Source: Desulfovibrio sp. (GTDB taxonomy: Bacteria; Desulfobacterota; Desulfovibrionia; Desulfovibrionales; Desulfovibrionaceae). Taken from it: 64,000 bases of DNA. The translations under genes and the position numbers were made by a program. Below, piece by piece: positions 37,537 through 46,757 of the stretch. The stretch covers positions 1,338 to 65,337 of the forward strand of contig JAILMX010000214.1 in the NCBI GenBank assembly GCA_024692205.1, in the 5' to 3' direction. A model generated the notes under the pieces. It had not been told where the DNA came from. It saw nothing but the letters and a program-made list of their open reading frames with translations, and did no database searches. Numbering within the stretch: the stretch's first letter is position 1; each line of letters opens with the position of its first letter.

Positions 37537-40131
37537 ATGACTCCCCCGCATCGAGCGGCACAGATGAAACAAACGGCAGACGGTATACATATCCCCCCCT
37601 GTCCCATAGACGCGCTTCATAGCGACCTGTTGCGTCTTCTGCAAACACCGGCCCCGGTACTCGTGACAGCACCTCCGGGCTCGGGCAAGAGCAGCCGCAT
37701 ACCCCTATGGCTGCTTGATGCGGACTGGACGCGCGACCGACGCATCCTCATGCTCGAACCAAGGCGTCTTGCCGCACGCTCTCTTGCGCGCTACATGGCC
37801 GCGCTGCTCGGCGAGACACCGGGACGCCGCATAGGCTGGCGAATGCGCGGCGACACGCTCACAGGACCGGAGTGCCGCATCGAGGTCGTCACCGAAGGCG
37901 TGCTGACCCGCATGATCCAATCCGAGCCCGATCTTGAAGACGTCGCCTGCATCATCTTCGATGAATTCCATGAGCGCTCGCTGCAGACAGATCTCGGATT
38001 TGCCCTCACGCTGGATGCGCGTTCAGCCCTGCGCCCGGATCTTCGCGTCATCGTCATGTCGGCCACGATGGATGTGGAAGCATACACCCGCCTTTTAGAC
38101 GGATCTCGTATTCTCTCCTGCGAAGGCCGTGCATTTCCGATTGAACAGCGTTGGCTTCCGCCGCCTGCGGGCATCCGTGGGTGCAGCCTCGATCTTCTCC
38201 GTCATATGGCAGGCGTCATAAGAACCCTGCTTTTCGAAAGGCAAGGCAGCATACTGGCCTTCCTGCCGGGAACGGGGGAAATCCGCCAGCTCGAGCAGCT
38301 CCTTGAAGGACGCCTTCCCCCTGATGTCACCCTCCATCCCCTTTTCGGCGATCTTTCTCCACTAGAACAGGATGCCGCGATAGCCCCAACAGCAGCAGGT
38401 TCACGCAAAGTCGTGCTGAGCACGGCGATCGCGGAAACATCGCTGACCATTGAGGGCATCAGCATCGTCGTGGACAGCGGCTACAGTCGCCTCACGCGTT
38501 TCGATGCGCAATCTGGCATGAACAGGCTTGTGACGGAGAGGGTTTCACACGCTTGTGCGGCACAGCGGGCGGGCAGGGCGGGCCGTACCGGCCCCGGCTT
38601 ATGCTGCCGGCTTTGGGACAAGGCCGAAGAGAACGGCATGCTCGCCAGGCAAAGTCCGGAAATCATCCGCTCTGACCTATCCGGCCTCGCCCTGCAGCTT
38701 GCCGCATGGGGCGTCAACGATGAACACGCCTTGCGGCAGCTAACATGGATCGACCTGCCACCAACCGCTATGATGACGACGGCACGGCAGTTGCTCATGA
38801 AACTGGGTGCGATGGATATGAACGGTCGCGTCACCCCTATCGGTACTCGCATGGCTCAGGCCCCTCTTTCCCCCCGTTCGGCCCGCCTCCTCATCGCCGG
38901 AAAGGACAACGGGCACGGAGCTCTTGCCTGCGTTCTCGCCGCCGTTCTTGACGATGCGTCATCCTCCCTCGCCCGTTCAGGCGGCGGGTGCGACATCACC
39001 CATTCCTTACAGGCTCTGTGCGCAGCGCAAGACGCCAGAAATGCCCGTTCCCGCTACCTTGCGCAACGCCTTGCGAAAACCATCGGCATACGAGGCGACC
39101 TGTTCACATCAGCCTACGCCGACATGGGCGCCTGCGGCATGCTGCTCGCCGCCGCATGGCCGGATTTCATCGCCATGCGGTCAGGCAGTCAGGGCAAAGA
39201 GGATACCGTCTACATCCTCCGCTCCGGCAGAGCCGCTTACCTGGCAACGGCGGATCCTCTCTCGACCATCCCTTTTCTAGTGGTGGTCGCCCTTACATCC
39301 CACTCCGCAGAGAGCTGTCGTATACGCCTCGCCGCCCCGCTAGACCAGAACGATCTCACCAGCTTCTTCGAGGCTGACATCACAGAGGAAGACATCCTTG
39401 AGGTTTCGGACGACGCCGTAGTGCATTGCCGCAGAAACAGATGTCTCGACAGTCTCGTTCTGCGCAGCGAGTTCGTGACAACACCCTCCGCCGAGAGCTG
39501 CCGGCAGGCTCTTTGCCGATTTCTCACCCAAGGGGATGGAAAGAGCAAGCTGGAACGATGGCTGCCGTGGTCCGTCCAATCCCGCCAGCTGAAGGCGAGG
39601 CTGGACTTGCTGCACACGCTTGAAGGCGAACAATGGCCCGACGTCAGCAATGACGCCCTTCTGCAGGGCATTGACCTCTGGCTCGGCCCCTATCTCACAA
39701 GCCGCACGGCCCTGCGGTACTTGAGCGAAAAGACGCTTCTCGAAGCCCTCAGGGGCATGGTGCCATGGCCGCTCCTGCAGCGGCTTGACGAGGAAGCCCC
39801 GCAGCGATGGCAGGCGCCTTCAGGGGCGATGCACCCCATCATTTACGGGGATGACGGCGGCCCATGGCTCGCCGCGAAGCTTCAGGAGTTCTTCGGCTGC
39901 GAAGACACGCCCCGAATAGCACGGGGGCGGGTGCCGCTCACGCTACACCTCAACTCGCCGGCTGGCCGTCCCCTGCAGATAACACGCGATCTCGCCCACT
40001 TCTGGCGCAACGGCTATGCGCAGGTTCGTTCGGAAATGCTCGGCCGTTACCCGAAGCACCCCTGGCCGAAGGATCCCCTCACAGCACTGCCGACCAAGCT
40101 GACGAAGAAACGGCTTGAGCGGGCGAAATAG
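37537..40131 (+). CDS. hrpB: ATP-dependent DEAH-box helicase HrpB
   Basis: Motif I APPGSGKSS, motif II DEFHERS, SATM, TAIAETSLTIEGI, QRAGRAGR, plus the HrpB-specific C-terminal region; 864 aa. Confidence 0.9.
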   Translation: MTPPHRAAQMKQTADGIHIPPCPIDALHSDLLRLLQTPAPVLVTAPPGSGKSSRIPLWLLDADWTRDRRILMLEPRRLAARSLARYMAALLGETPGRRIGWRMRGDTLTGPECRIEVVTEGVLTRMIQSEPDLEDVACIIFDEFHERSLQTDLGFALTLDARSALRPDLRVIVMSATMDVEAYTRLLDGSRILSCEGRAFPIEQRWLPPPAGIRGCSLDLLRHMAGVIRTLLFERQGSILAFLPGTGEIRQLEQLLEGRLPPDVTLHPLFGDLSPLEQDAAIAPTAAGSRKVVLSTAIAETSLTIEGISIVVDSGYSRLTRFDAQSGMNRLVTERVSHACAAQRAGRAGRTGPGLCCRLWDKAEENGMLARQSPEIIRSDLSGLALQLAAWGVNDEHALRQLTWIDLPPTAMMTTARQLLMKLGAMDMNGRVTPIGTRMAQAPLSPRSARLLIAGKDNGHGALACVLAAVLDDASSSLARSGGGCDITHSLQALCAAQDARNARSRYLAQRLAKTIGIRGDLFTSAYADMGACGMLLAAAWPDFIAMRSGSQGKEDTVYILRSGRAAYLATADPLSTIPFLVVVALTSHSAESCRIRLAAPLDQNDLTSFFEADITEEDILEVSDDAVVHCRRNRCLDSLVLRSEFVTTPSAESCRQALCRFLTQGDGKSKLERWLPWSVQSRQLKARLDLLHTLEGEQWPDVSNDALLQGIDLWLGPYLTSRTALRYLSEKTLLEALRGMVPWPLLQRLDEEAPQRWQAPSGAMHPIIYGDDGGPWLAAKLQEFFGCEDTPRIARGRVPLTLHLNSPAGRPLQITRDLAHFWRNGYAQVRSEMLGRYPKHPWPKDPLTALPTKLTKKRLERAK

Positions 40132-40260
40132 CAAACGCGGCATTATCACAGGTTGAAATAATTTAAAAAAATTAGCACAAATCTTCTGTCCCCAGCTTAG
40201 CCCTCATGAGACGAGAATGAGACAGAATGCTTGCTCATGTGGTCAGAAAAAACCAACCAC

Positions 40261-40288
40261 TTGCACTCGCGCCATCATAGCGTATAGT
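40261..40288 (+). promoter_or_regulatory. candidate sigma-70 promoter of the flavoprotein gene
   Basis: TTGCAC (40261-40266), 16-nt spacer, TATAGT (40283-40288). AAGGAG SD at 40317-40322, ATG at 40330. Confidence 0.5.
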
Positions 40289-40329
40289 TCAGCACAAAAA
40301 GAATCTGGACATTTTACAAGGAGCAAGAC

Positions 40330-41001
40330 ATGAACCTGTATGCCGTCAATGCCAGTCCTCGAAAAAAAGGCAATACCGCAACCATTCTGCAACATGTGCT
40401 CGACGGGGCTAAAGCCGCCGGAGGCAATAAGGTCCAGTCAGAGATATTCCATCTGTATGCTTACAACTATACTGGCTGCAAAAGCTGTTTCGCCTGTAAA
40501 CGGAAAGGCGGCAAATCCTACGGCAAATGCGCGTTGCAGGATGATATCTCGCCGGTTCTGGAAAGACTGACGCAGGCGGATGCCATTGTTTTCGGTTCAC
40601 CTATCTATTTCGGCGGCGTATCCGGCATGTTGCGCTGCTTTGAGGAACGGCTGCTTTTTCCCTTTCTGACCTATACCGAAGGCCATGCCAGCATCGCCCC
40701 TAAGAAACTGCGCACGGGTTTTATCTACACCATGAACGTGACCTCTGCGCTTATGGAGGAATGGAAGTATCCTGCCCGCCTGAACATGATGGAAGGTTAT
40801 GTGGGCCACATTTTCGGCAGCGAACCGCAGGTGCTTTATGTCAACAACACTGTGCAGTTCAATGACTATTCCAAGTATGTCTGCACGATGTTTTCCGGTG
40901 AAGAGAAGGCGAAATATCGCGAGGAGCATTTTGCGGATGACTGCCGCAAGGCCGAAGCCATGGGCGCAGCGTTCGTCAAGGAACTGGCAAGAGGAATGTG
41001 A
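40330..41001 (+). CDS. flavodoxin-like NAD(P)H-dependent FMN reductase family protein
   Basis: N-terminal VNASPRKKGNT FMN-phosphate loop and CKSCFAC segment typical of this flavoprotein family; 223 aa. Confidence 0.75.
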   Translation: MNLYAVNASPRKKGNTATILQHVLDGAKAAGGNKVQSEIFHLYAYNYTGCKSCFACKRKGGKSYGKCALQDDISPVLERLTQADAIVFGSPIYFGGVSGMLRCFEERLLFPFLTYTEGHASIAPKKLRTGFIYTMNVTSALMEEWKYPARLNMMEGYVGHIFGSEPQVLYVNNTVQFNDYSKYVCTMFSGEEKAKYREEHFADDCRKAEAMGAAFVKELARGM

Positions 41002-41082
41002 AGCGTCCCGCGGCGATGGTCCGTTTCACCTTCCCTGAGGATATGGGAAGGCATGAATGCGCGTGCGGCGTTTCGTATTGCG

Positions 41083-41976
41083 TTATGCTGTTGATGCGCT
41101 GAAGGCTGGAGGGTAGGCCTTTCGCCATTGTCGCACCAGCTGCAGAATGGCATCGGCCACTTCCTGCTCTTTCTGCCGGTAGGTATGCCCCGTGTTTTGA
41201 ATGATCAGCAGCGTGTTCTGTTTTGCCGTGGGCATGTGATCATTGATGTTTCGCAGAAATCCGACGGGATCGCCATAGGTGAAATTGTCATAGGTTCCGA
41301 TGAGGAACGCCCCGCTGTGCGTCACGTTCGCCACCTGCGAGAAATCCTTGTCCGTCTCCACATGAACATTGTTGAGAGTGTCGGTGAACAGCCATTGCCA
41401 GGCAGTGTCCGCCACGCAGTCTATCCAGCCCAGAAGGGGGAAGGGCAGCATCTTTTGCCCGTCGCCGTGCTCAACCATATGTCGGACGCAGGCTTTCTCC
41501 TCCTCCGTCACCTGACTGGTGAGCCAGCTGATGTTGGCCGGACTGAGCAGGATGAAGTGCTCCACTCGCGCATCGTGCGTCTGTGAGAGATAGTGGATGA
41601 CCTTGTTGGCCCCCAGGGAATGGCCGGCCAGCATGATGCGCCTGTACCCTTCTCGGGCGGCGTAGTTGACATACGCGCTTACGTCGTCATCTGTGTCGTC
41701 GAAATTCTCGTTCCATGAACCGATGATTTTCACCTTGCCCGTCTTGACGTCGCGCGTGGGGATGCGCCCAAAGGCATCATTGGTCTGCGCGTAGATAAAG
41801 TCCACGCCGCCGCTGTTCAGAGTCTGCCCGATAGCATAGTAGAAGGGATTGGAATGGAAATTCCCATGGATGCCCGTTATGGCTATGACAACGGCATCAG
41901 CTTTCTCCCTTGTGTCCGAGAAAAGGACTCCGTCAAGCAGCACCCCCCGTTGCGTGGGCACATGCAGTTCTTGCAT
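41083..41976 (-). CDS. alpha/beta-fold hydrolase
   Basis: Nucleophile elbow GHSLG and oxyanion-region ITGIHGN; 297 aa. Lies 12 nt downstream of the OYE-like gene. Confidence 0.7.
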   Translation of the reverse strand: MQELHVPTQRGVLLDGVLFSDTREKADAVVIAITGIHGNFHSNPFYYAIGQTLNSGGVDFIYAQTNDAFGRIPTRDVKTGKVKIIGSWNENFDDTDDDVSAYVNYAAREGYRRIMLAGHSLGANKVIHYLSQTHDARVEHFILLSPANISWLTSQVTEEEKACVRHMVEHGDGQKMLPFPLLGWIDCVADTAWQWLFTDTLNNVHVETDKDFSQVANVTHSGAFLIGTYDNFTYGDPVGFLRNINDHMPTAKQNTLLIIQNTGHTYRQKEQEVADAILQLVRQWRKAYPPAFSASTA

Positions 41977-41988
41977 GGCTGTGCCCTC

Positions 41989-43023
41989 CTATGCGCCCCT
42001 CAGGCGAAGTACGCATTTGTGGCATGGAGTGTGATAACAGGAATTGCAGGAAACACAGCGAGAAGGTCGCGAATCCCCGGACAGCCAGCGTGCGATCAAA
42101 TCAGGTTCGCTCAAGAGAGGTCGAGAGAGCGACACATAGTCGATGCCGTCCCTCTCCACAAGGGCGTTGACGGTTTCCAGACTGCGCAGACCGCCCACTA
42201 GGATAACGGGCACAGACACCAGAGCCTTGAGCTTTAGGGCGGCCTCCCTGAAATACGCCTCGTTGACGCCTGCGCGAATATTCGGACGCGACGTGTAATT
42301 TCCGCTGACTTCGATGGCGTCGATGCCAGCGCGGGCCAGCACTTTGCAGGCGGTCAGGAAGTCATCTATCGTAAGGCCTCCATCGATAAAATCCGAACAG
42401 TTGATTTTGATGAGCATGGCGAACTGCCTGCCCACGGTCTGGCGTATGGCTTCGTGAATATCCACCAACAGGCGCGCGCGTTTTTCCGCGCAGCCGCCAT
42501 ACTCATCATGCCGATGATTATAGAGCGGACTGATGCACTTGCTGAGCGCGAAATGGTGCGCCGCGTGAATTTGCAGGCCGTCATATCCGGCTTGTTCAGC
42601 GCGAATGGCGGCATCGCGGTACACATCAGCGATGCTCCGCAGATCCTCTCGACTAAGCTCAGTCACGGGCTTCAACACGCCGCGTCCGAGTTCGTCCGGC
42701 ACATAGGTGTCAAGCATGGCCGCCTGCAGGAAGATACGGCTCCCCTCGCTGTGAACGGCCTCTGTGATGCGTCGATGCCCCTCCACATAACTGTCATGCG
42801 TGAGACGCACGGCGCCCGGCAGCTCGCCGTCATAGGGGGAAACAGAGGTAAAGCCGGTAATGATGCCACCTGCCTGACCGGCCGCGTAATCGCGATAAAC
42901 GTCAACGATATCTTTTGTGACTCTTCCGTCAGGACCGGCCATCCCCAACCATGTGGCCGAGCGGAAGAAACGGTTTTTCAGGGGGATCCCCCTGAGCGCC
43001 GTGGCGGTGAATAGCGTCTTCAT
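41989..43023 (-). CDS. Old-Yellow-Enzyme-family NADH:flavin oxidoreductase (TIM barrel) with C-terminal Cys-rich tail
   Basis: LKNRFFRSATW ... GYDGLQIHAAHHF ... RRDEYGG-type motif (HRHDEYGG). Ends with CVSCNSCYHTPCHKC. ATG at 43023 with an AAGGA SD. Confidence 0.8.
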   Translation of the reverse strand: MKTLFTATALRGIPLKNRFFRSATWLGMAGPDGRVTKDIVDVYRDYAAGQAGGIITGFTSVSPYDGELPGAVRLTHDSYVEGHRRITEAVHSEGSRIFLQAAMLDTYVPDELGRGVLKPVTELSREDLRSIADVYRDAAIRAEQAGYDGLQIHAAHHFALSKCISPLYNHRHDEYGGCAEKRARLLVDIHEAIRQTVGRQFAMLIKINCSDFIDGGLTIDDFLTACKVLARAGIDAIEVSGNYTSRPNIRAGVNEAYFREAALKLKALVSVPVILVGGLRSLETVNALVERDGIDYVSLSRPLLSEPDLIARWLSGDSRPSRCVSCNSCYHTPCHKCVLRLRGA

Positions 43024-43058
43024 ACCTAAAATCCTTGCGATGACAGTGATCGAAAAAT

Positions 43059-43085
43059 TTGACTGAATGAAAAATAGTGTATAAT
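43059..43085 (+). promoter_or_regulatory. candidate sigma-70 promoter in the hxlR/OYE divergent region
   Basis: TTGACT (43059-43064), 15-nt spacer, TATAAT (43080-43085) with TG immediately upstream. The spacer is short, so confidence is low. Confidence 0.35.
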
Positions 43086-43146
43086 TATCTTTTGACAAGT
43101 ACGCAGTATTTTCTAACCGAAAACTAGATTTAACACATTTTAATAA

Positions 43147-43536
43147 ATGAAAAAAATAAAAAACAAGTATGAAGACGTCGCCTCAGTGTACGAGGACAGA
43201 TGTCCGCTGCTCTGCGCGTTGGACATCATTGGCGGAAAGTGGAAGCTTCCCATCATTTGGTTTTTGTCGCAGGAGGAAAATGTGCGCTTCAACGAATTGC
43301 GGCGACGTGTTTCCGGGGTCACCAACATGATGCTCGCCAAATGCCTTAGGGAATTGGAGACAGACGGCCTTGTCACCCGCACCCAGTTTGCGATTATCCC
43401 GCCGCATGTGGAATATTCGCTGACAGCTTCCGCCAGGAAGTTGATCCCCATCCTGCGCAAGCTCTATGCCTGGGGCGCCGAGCATAAAGAAAAAAAGCGC
43501 GGATTAGCGGAAATGGTGAGCGGAGGGAATGAATGA
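43147..43536 (+). CDS. HxlR-family winged-helix transcriptional regulator
   Basis: CPLLCALDIIGGKWKLPIIWFL ... FNELRR ... LAKCLRELETDGLVTR ... VEYSLT is the HxlR signature. Confidence 0.85.
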   Translation: MKKIKNKYEDVASVYEDRCPLLCALDIIGGKWKLPIIWFLSQEENVRFNELRRRVSGVTNMMLAKCLRELETDGLVTRTQFAIIPPHVEYSLTASARKLIPILRKLYAWGAEHKEKKRGLAEMVSGGNE

Positions 43537-43617
43537 GCGAAACGGAAACGCTATGGGCACCCGCGCGATGACGCTATTTCTTCGCGGCATTTCCTTCATA
43601 CCTGAGCGCTCCCGCCC

Positions 43618-44265
43618 TTAAAACGCCTTGAGCACGGCGGCCAAATGTTCCACCGAATGGCACAGGCAATCCGCCCCCGCCGCACGCAGTTCATCCCTCT
43701 TGCCGTATCCGTACAGAACGCCGACGCACGCCATGCCAACGGCGTGTGCTCCGCAGACATCATACTTTCGATCACCGACCATGAGGCAACGGCTCATGTC
43801 GTCGGCATCGCACAGTCGGCACGCATGGCGGAGAACGGCCTCCTTGCTGTTGCGGGGGCCTAGCAACTGAGCTCCGGCCACGGCGTCGAAGCAATCGGCT
43901 ATTTCGAAATGCCGGATAATGCGCTCGACGAAAGGCTCCGGTTTCGATGTGGCGAGGCAGCAGACATGCCCCCTGTCCCTCAACTCGCGCAACAGCACGT
44001 CGATTCCGGAATAAAGACGGTTCTCGAAGATGCCTTTTTCCGTGTAATATTCACGGTACTTGGCAACCGCGGCATCGACAGTCTGCGGATCACCGGGGAA
44101 AAAAAACGCGAAGGATTCCTTCAACGGCGGCCCGATGAAGAACAAAAGTTCCTCATTTTCCCGGTTGATGCCGAAATGACGTAGGGAGTACTGGACAGAA
44201 CGCAATATGCCCTCCTCGGAATCCGTGACCGTGCCGTCGAGATCGAAGAAAAAAAAGCGTTTCAT
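43618..44265 (-). CDS. HAD-superfamily hydrolase (phosphoglycolate-phosphatase-like)
   Basis: Motif I FFFDLDGTVTDS, motif II ATSK, motif IV VGDRKYD. Confidence 0.8.
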   Translation of the reverse strand: MKRFFFFDLDGTVTDSEEGILRSVQYSLRHFGINRENEELLFFIGPPLKESFAFFFPGDPQTVDAAVAKYREYYTEKGIFENRLYSGIDVLLRELRDRGHVCCLATSKPEPFVERIIRHFEIADCFDAVAGAQLLGPRNSKEAVLRHACRLCDADDMSRCLMVGDRKYDVCGAHAVGMACVGVLYGYGKRDELRAAGADCLCHSVEHLAAVLKAF

Positions 44266-44308
44266 GGAATTGTGTTCCTGAAAGCGAGCATTCGCGCCGA
44301 ATCAATAA

Positions 44309-44337
44309 CGCCCCGGCAGCCTTAGGGTGCCGGGGCG
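44309..44337 (-). terminator. probable terminator after the hydratase gene
   Basis: CGCCCCGGC (44309-44317) pairs with GCCGGGGCG (44329-44337), 11-nt loop. On the minus strand it is followed by TTATTGATTC. Confidence 0.55.
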
Positions 44338-44393
44338 GAATCGAGCATCCGTTCCGCTGGGACGAGCCCGTGCGGAGTTTACCGACGGCCCTG

Positions 44394-46712
44394 CTACGCT
44401 ACGTCTTCGTTATAAAAATTGATCAGGCTGCCCGCAAGGATGATGCGGCGCTCGTCTTCGGTCAGAGCAGGCAATGCCAGGGATACGGCCTTGGTCCCAG
44501 TGATCTCCCCCTGCCCGTCGCTTTCACAGAGCAGACCTTCAATCTCAGTATTCCCCTCTTCGACGGCCTTGCGGATACCGGGCAGAAGCAGGTAGTCACC
44601 CACGTTGAAACTGTCACTCATCTCAGCACTGACGGTGAAGGGCAGCATGCCCCAGTTGATGAGATTCGAACGGTACCGCTTAGTCGCGTACTCGACGGCG
44701 ATGTTGGCCCAGCCGCCCAGCACCTTCTGGCTGGATGCGGCCTGCTCGCGCGCCGAGCCGTCACCGGGCCTCAGGGCGAAGACCGCCGTGCCAAAGCCCA
44801 CGTCGCGCAGATCCCGCATGCCATCGCGCACGGCCTTGCCCTGCTCGCCCAAACGCCCGCACAGCGTTTCCACAAGGGCCAGAGTCTCGGCATCGCCGGC
44901 ATTGGCGAGGCGGGCCTTCTCAAGCTTCTGAAAATCCTTGGCGCGGCCCACGTAGGCGGGATCCTTGATGCCGAGAGTGTATTCGGCGAGTTTGAGCGGA
45001 TTGGATCGCAGAGAGGAAGTCTCTCCCGAGGGGATAAGATCGTCTGTCGTCGTCACGGGGTCGGTGATGTGACTTGCGATGCGAAGCAGAAGATTCTTCG
45101 GTAGGCTGCTCATGGCAGGCCAATCCGTGATATTCGGCCCGAGGACGAGCTTTCTCCCGACCTCGGCCCTGCCGAAGCCCTGATACACGCGACGTTCATA
45201 AACGCCGGCATCAAAGGAGTAGGCAAGGTCAGCCTTGATGGCTTCCCAGTCCAGATCCGTGGCGGGGGTCAGCTTGCCGCCGTGGATGGCCGTGGCCGCG
45301 ATGGAACGCGCATCCATGAGGGCGACAGCCGCAATCTGCCCTTTCGTCGGCTTGGCGCCTTCGCGATTGGGGAAGTTGCGCGTCGAATGCCGCAGGGAGA
45401 GCTCTCCGTTCGCGGGCACGTCTCCCGCGCCGAAGCAGGGGCCGCAGAAGGCCGTCTTGAGCACGGCGCCGGCCGCCATGGCCTTTGCGTAGGAACCGTT
45501 ACGCACGAGGGCGAGCGCCAAGGGTTCGCTTGAAGGGTATAGCGACAGGGCGAACGGCCCGTTGCCGGTGCTCTGTCCCTCCAGCACAGCCGAGGCGAGA
45601 GTGATATTCTCGAACATGCCGCCCGCGCAACCGGCGATGATGCCCTGATCGGCCCAGACGCCACCGTCATGGAACTTGCCGCACAGGCCGAGGTTTCTGC
45701 CGATCGCGCCGAAACGTTTTTCCGCATCCGCATCGACGGCCCCCAGAATTTCAGCGGGATGCGCAATCACGTCGGCGATGGGGAATGCGTTGCTCGGATG
45801 ATACGGCAAGGCGATCATCGGCACGATGGAGCTCAAATCTATCCAGATCGCACCGTCATAGGCGGCTGGTGCGGTTATCTCAAGTTTTCTGTAATCGGCC
45901 TCACGCCCGTGCAGGGCCATGTACTGCCGCACCCGCTCATCAGTACGCCAGATGGAGGACAGGCAGGTCGTCTCCGTCGTCATGACGTCTATGCCGCAGC
46001 GAAATTCGACGGAAAGCCCCTCGACAGCGGGCCCGTGGAACTCGAGGATCTTGTTCTTGGCGAATCCCGATTTGAAGACCGCCCCTATCAGGGCGATCGC
46101 GACGTCCTGAGGACCGACGCCGGGCTTTGGTTCTCCCGTCAGCCACACGGCTAGAACTTCCGGCCGGGGGATGTCGTAGGTCTTGCGCAGAAGCTGCTTG
46201 ACGAGCTCTGGCCCGCCCTCCCCTATGCCCATGGTGCCTAGGGCGCCGTAGCGGGTATGACTGTCCGAGCCCAGTATCATCTTGCCGCATCCGGCCATGG
46301 TCTCGCGCATGTATTGATGGATGACGGCCATGTGCGGGGGCACGTAGATACCGCCGTACCTGTGCGCGGCGGAAAGTCCGAAACAGTGGTCATCCTCGTT
46401 TATTGTGCCGCCCACGGCGCATAGGCTGTTGTGGCAGTTCGTGAGCACATAGGGAAGAGGGAACTCCTTCAGGCCGCTCGCGCGCGCCGTCTGGATGATG
46501 CCCACATAGGTGATGTCGTGGGAGGCCAAGGCGTCGAAACGCAGACGGAGTCCTTCTTCGGAAGTCTTCGCACTATTGTGCGCCTGCATGATTCGCGCGG
46601 CGAGCGTATTGTCGCGTGCGCTTTTCAGGTCTATGCCTTTCGCAAGGGCATCTTTCTGCGTGAGGAGGGATTCGCCATCTATCACATACGGTTCGTCAAA
46701 AAGCTGTATCAT
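44394..46712 (-). CDS. aconitase-family hydratase (putative aconitate hydratase of the anaerobe type)
   Basis: Aconitase Fe-S ligand contexts GSDSHTRYG and FCGPCFGAG, C-terminal swivel-like domain; 772 aa. Lies 45 nt downstream of the citrate-synthase-like gene. Confidence 0.8.
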   Translation of the reverse strand: MIQLFDEPYVIDGESLLTQKDALAKGIDLKSARDNTLAARIMQAHNSAKTSEEGLRLRFDALASHDITYVGIIQTARASGLKEFPLPYVLTNCHNSLCAVGGTINEDDHCFGLSAAHRYGGIYVPPHMAVIHQYMRETMAGCGKMILGSDSHTRYGALGTMGIGEGGPELVKQLLRKTYDIPRPEVLAVWLTGEPKPGVGPQDVAIALIGAVFKSGFAKNKILEFHGPAVEGLSVEFRCGIDVMTTETTCLSSIWRTDERVRQYMALHGREADYRKLEITAPAAYDGAIWIDLSSIVPMIALPYHPSNAFPIADVIAHPAEILGAVDADAEKRFGAIGRNLGLCGKFHDGGVWADQGIIAGCAGGMFENITLASAVLEGQSTGNGPFALSLYPSSEPLALALVRNGSYAKAMAAGAVLKTAFCGPCFGAGDVPANGELSLRHSTRNFPNREGAKPTKGQIAAVALMDARSIAATAIHGGKLTPATDLDWEAIKADLAYSFDAGVYERRVYQGFGRAEVGRKLVLGPNITDWPAMSSLPKNLLLRIASHITDPVTTTDDLIPSGETSSLRSNPLKLAEYTLGIKDPAYVGRAKDFQKLEKARLANAGDAETLALVETLCGRLGEQGKAVRDGMRDLRDVGFGTAVFALRPGDGSAREQAASSQKVLGGWANIAVEYATKRYRSNLINWGMLPFTVSAEMSDSFNVGDYLLLPGIRKAVEEGNTEIEGLLCESDGQGEITGTKAVSLALPALTEDERRIILAGSLINFYNEDVA

Positions 46713-46757
46713 TGTGCATCCCTTTTTTATTCTTCGAAAACATCTGCAGCGGCTGTC

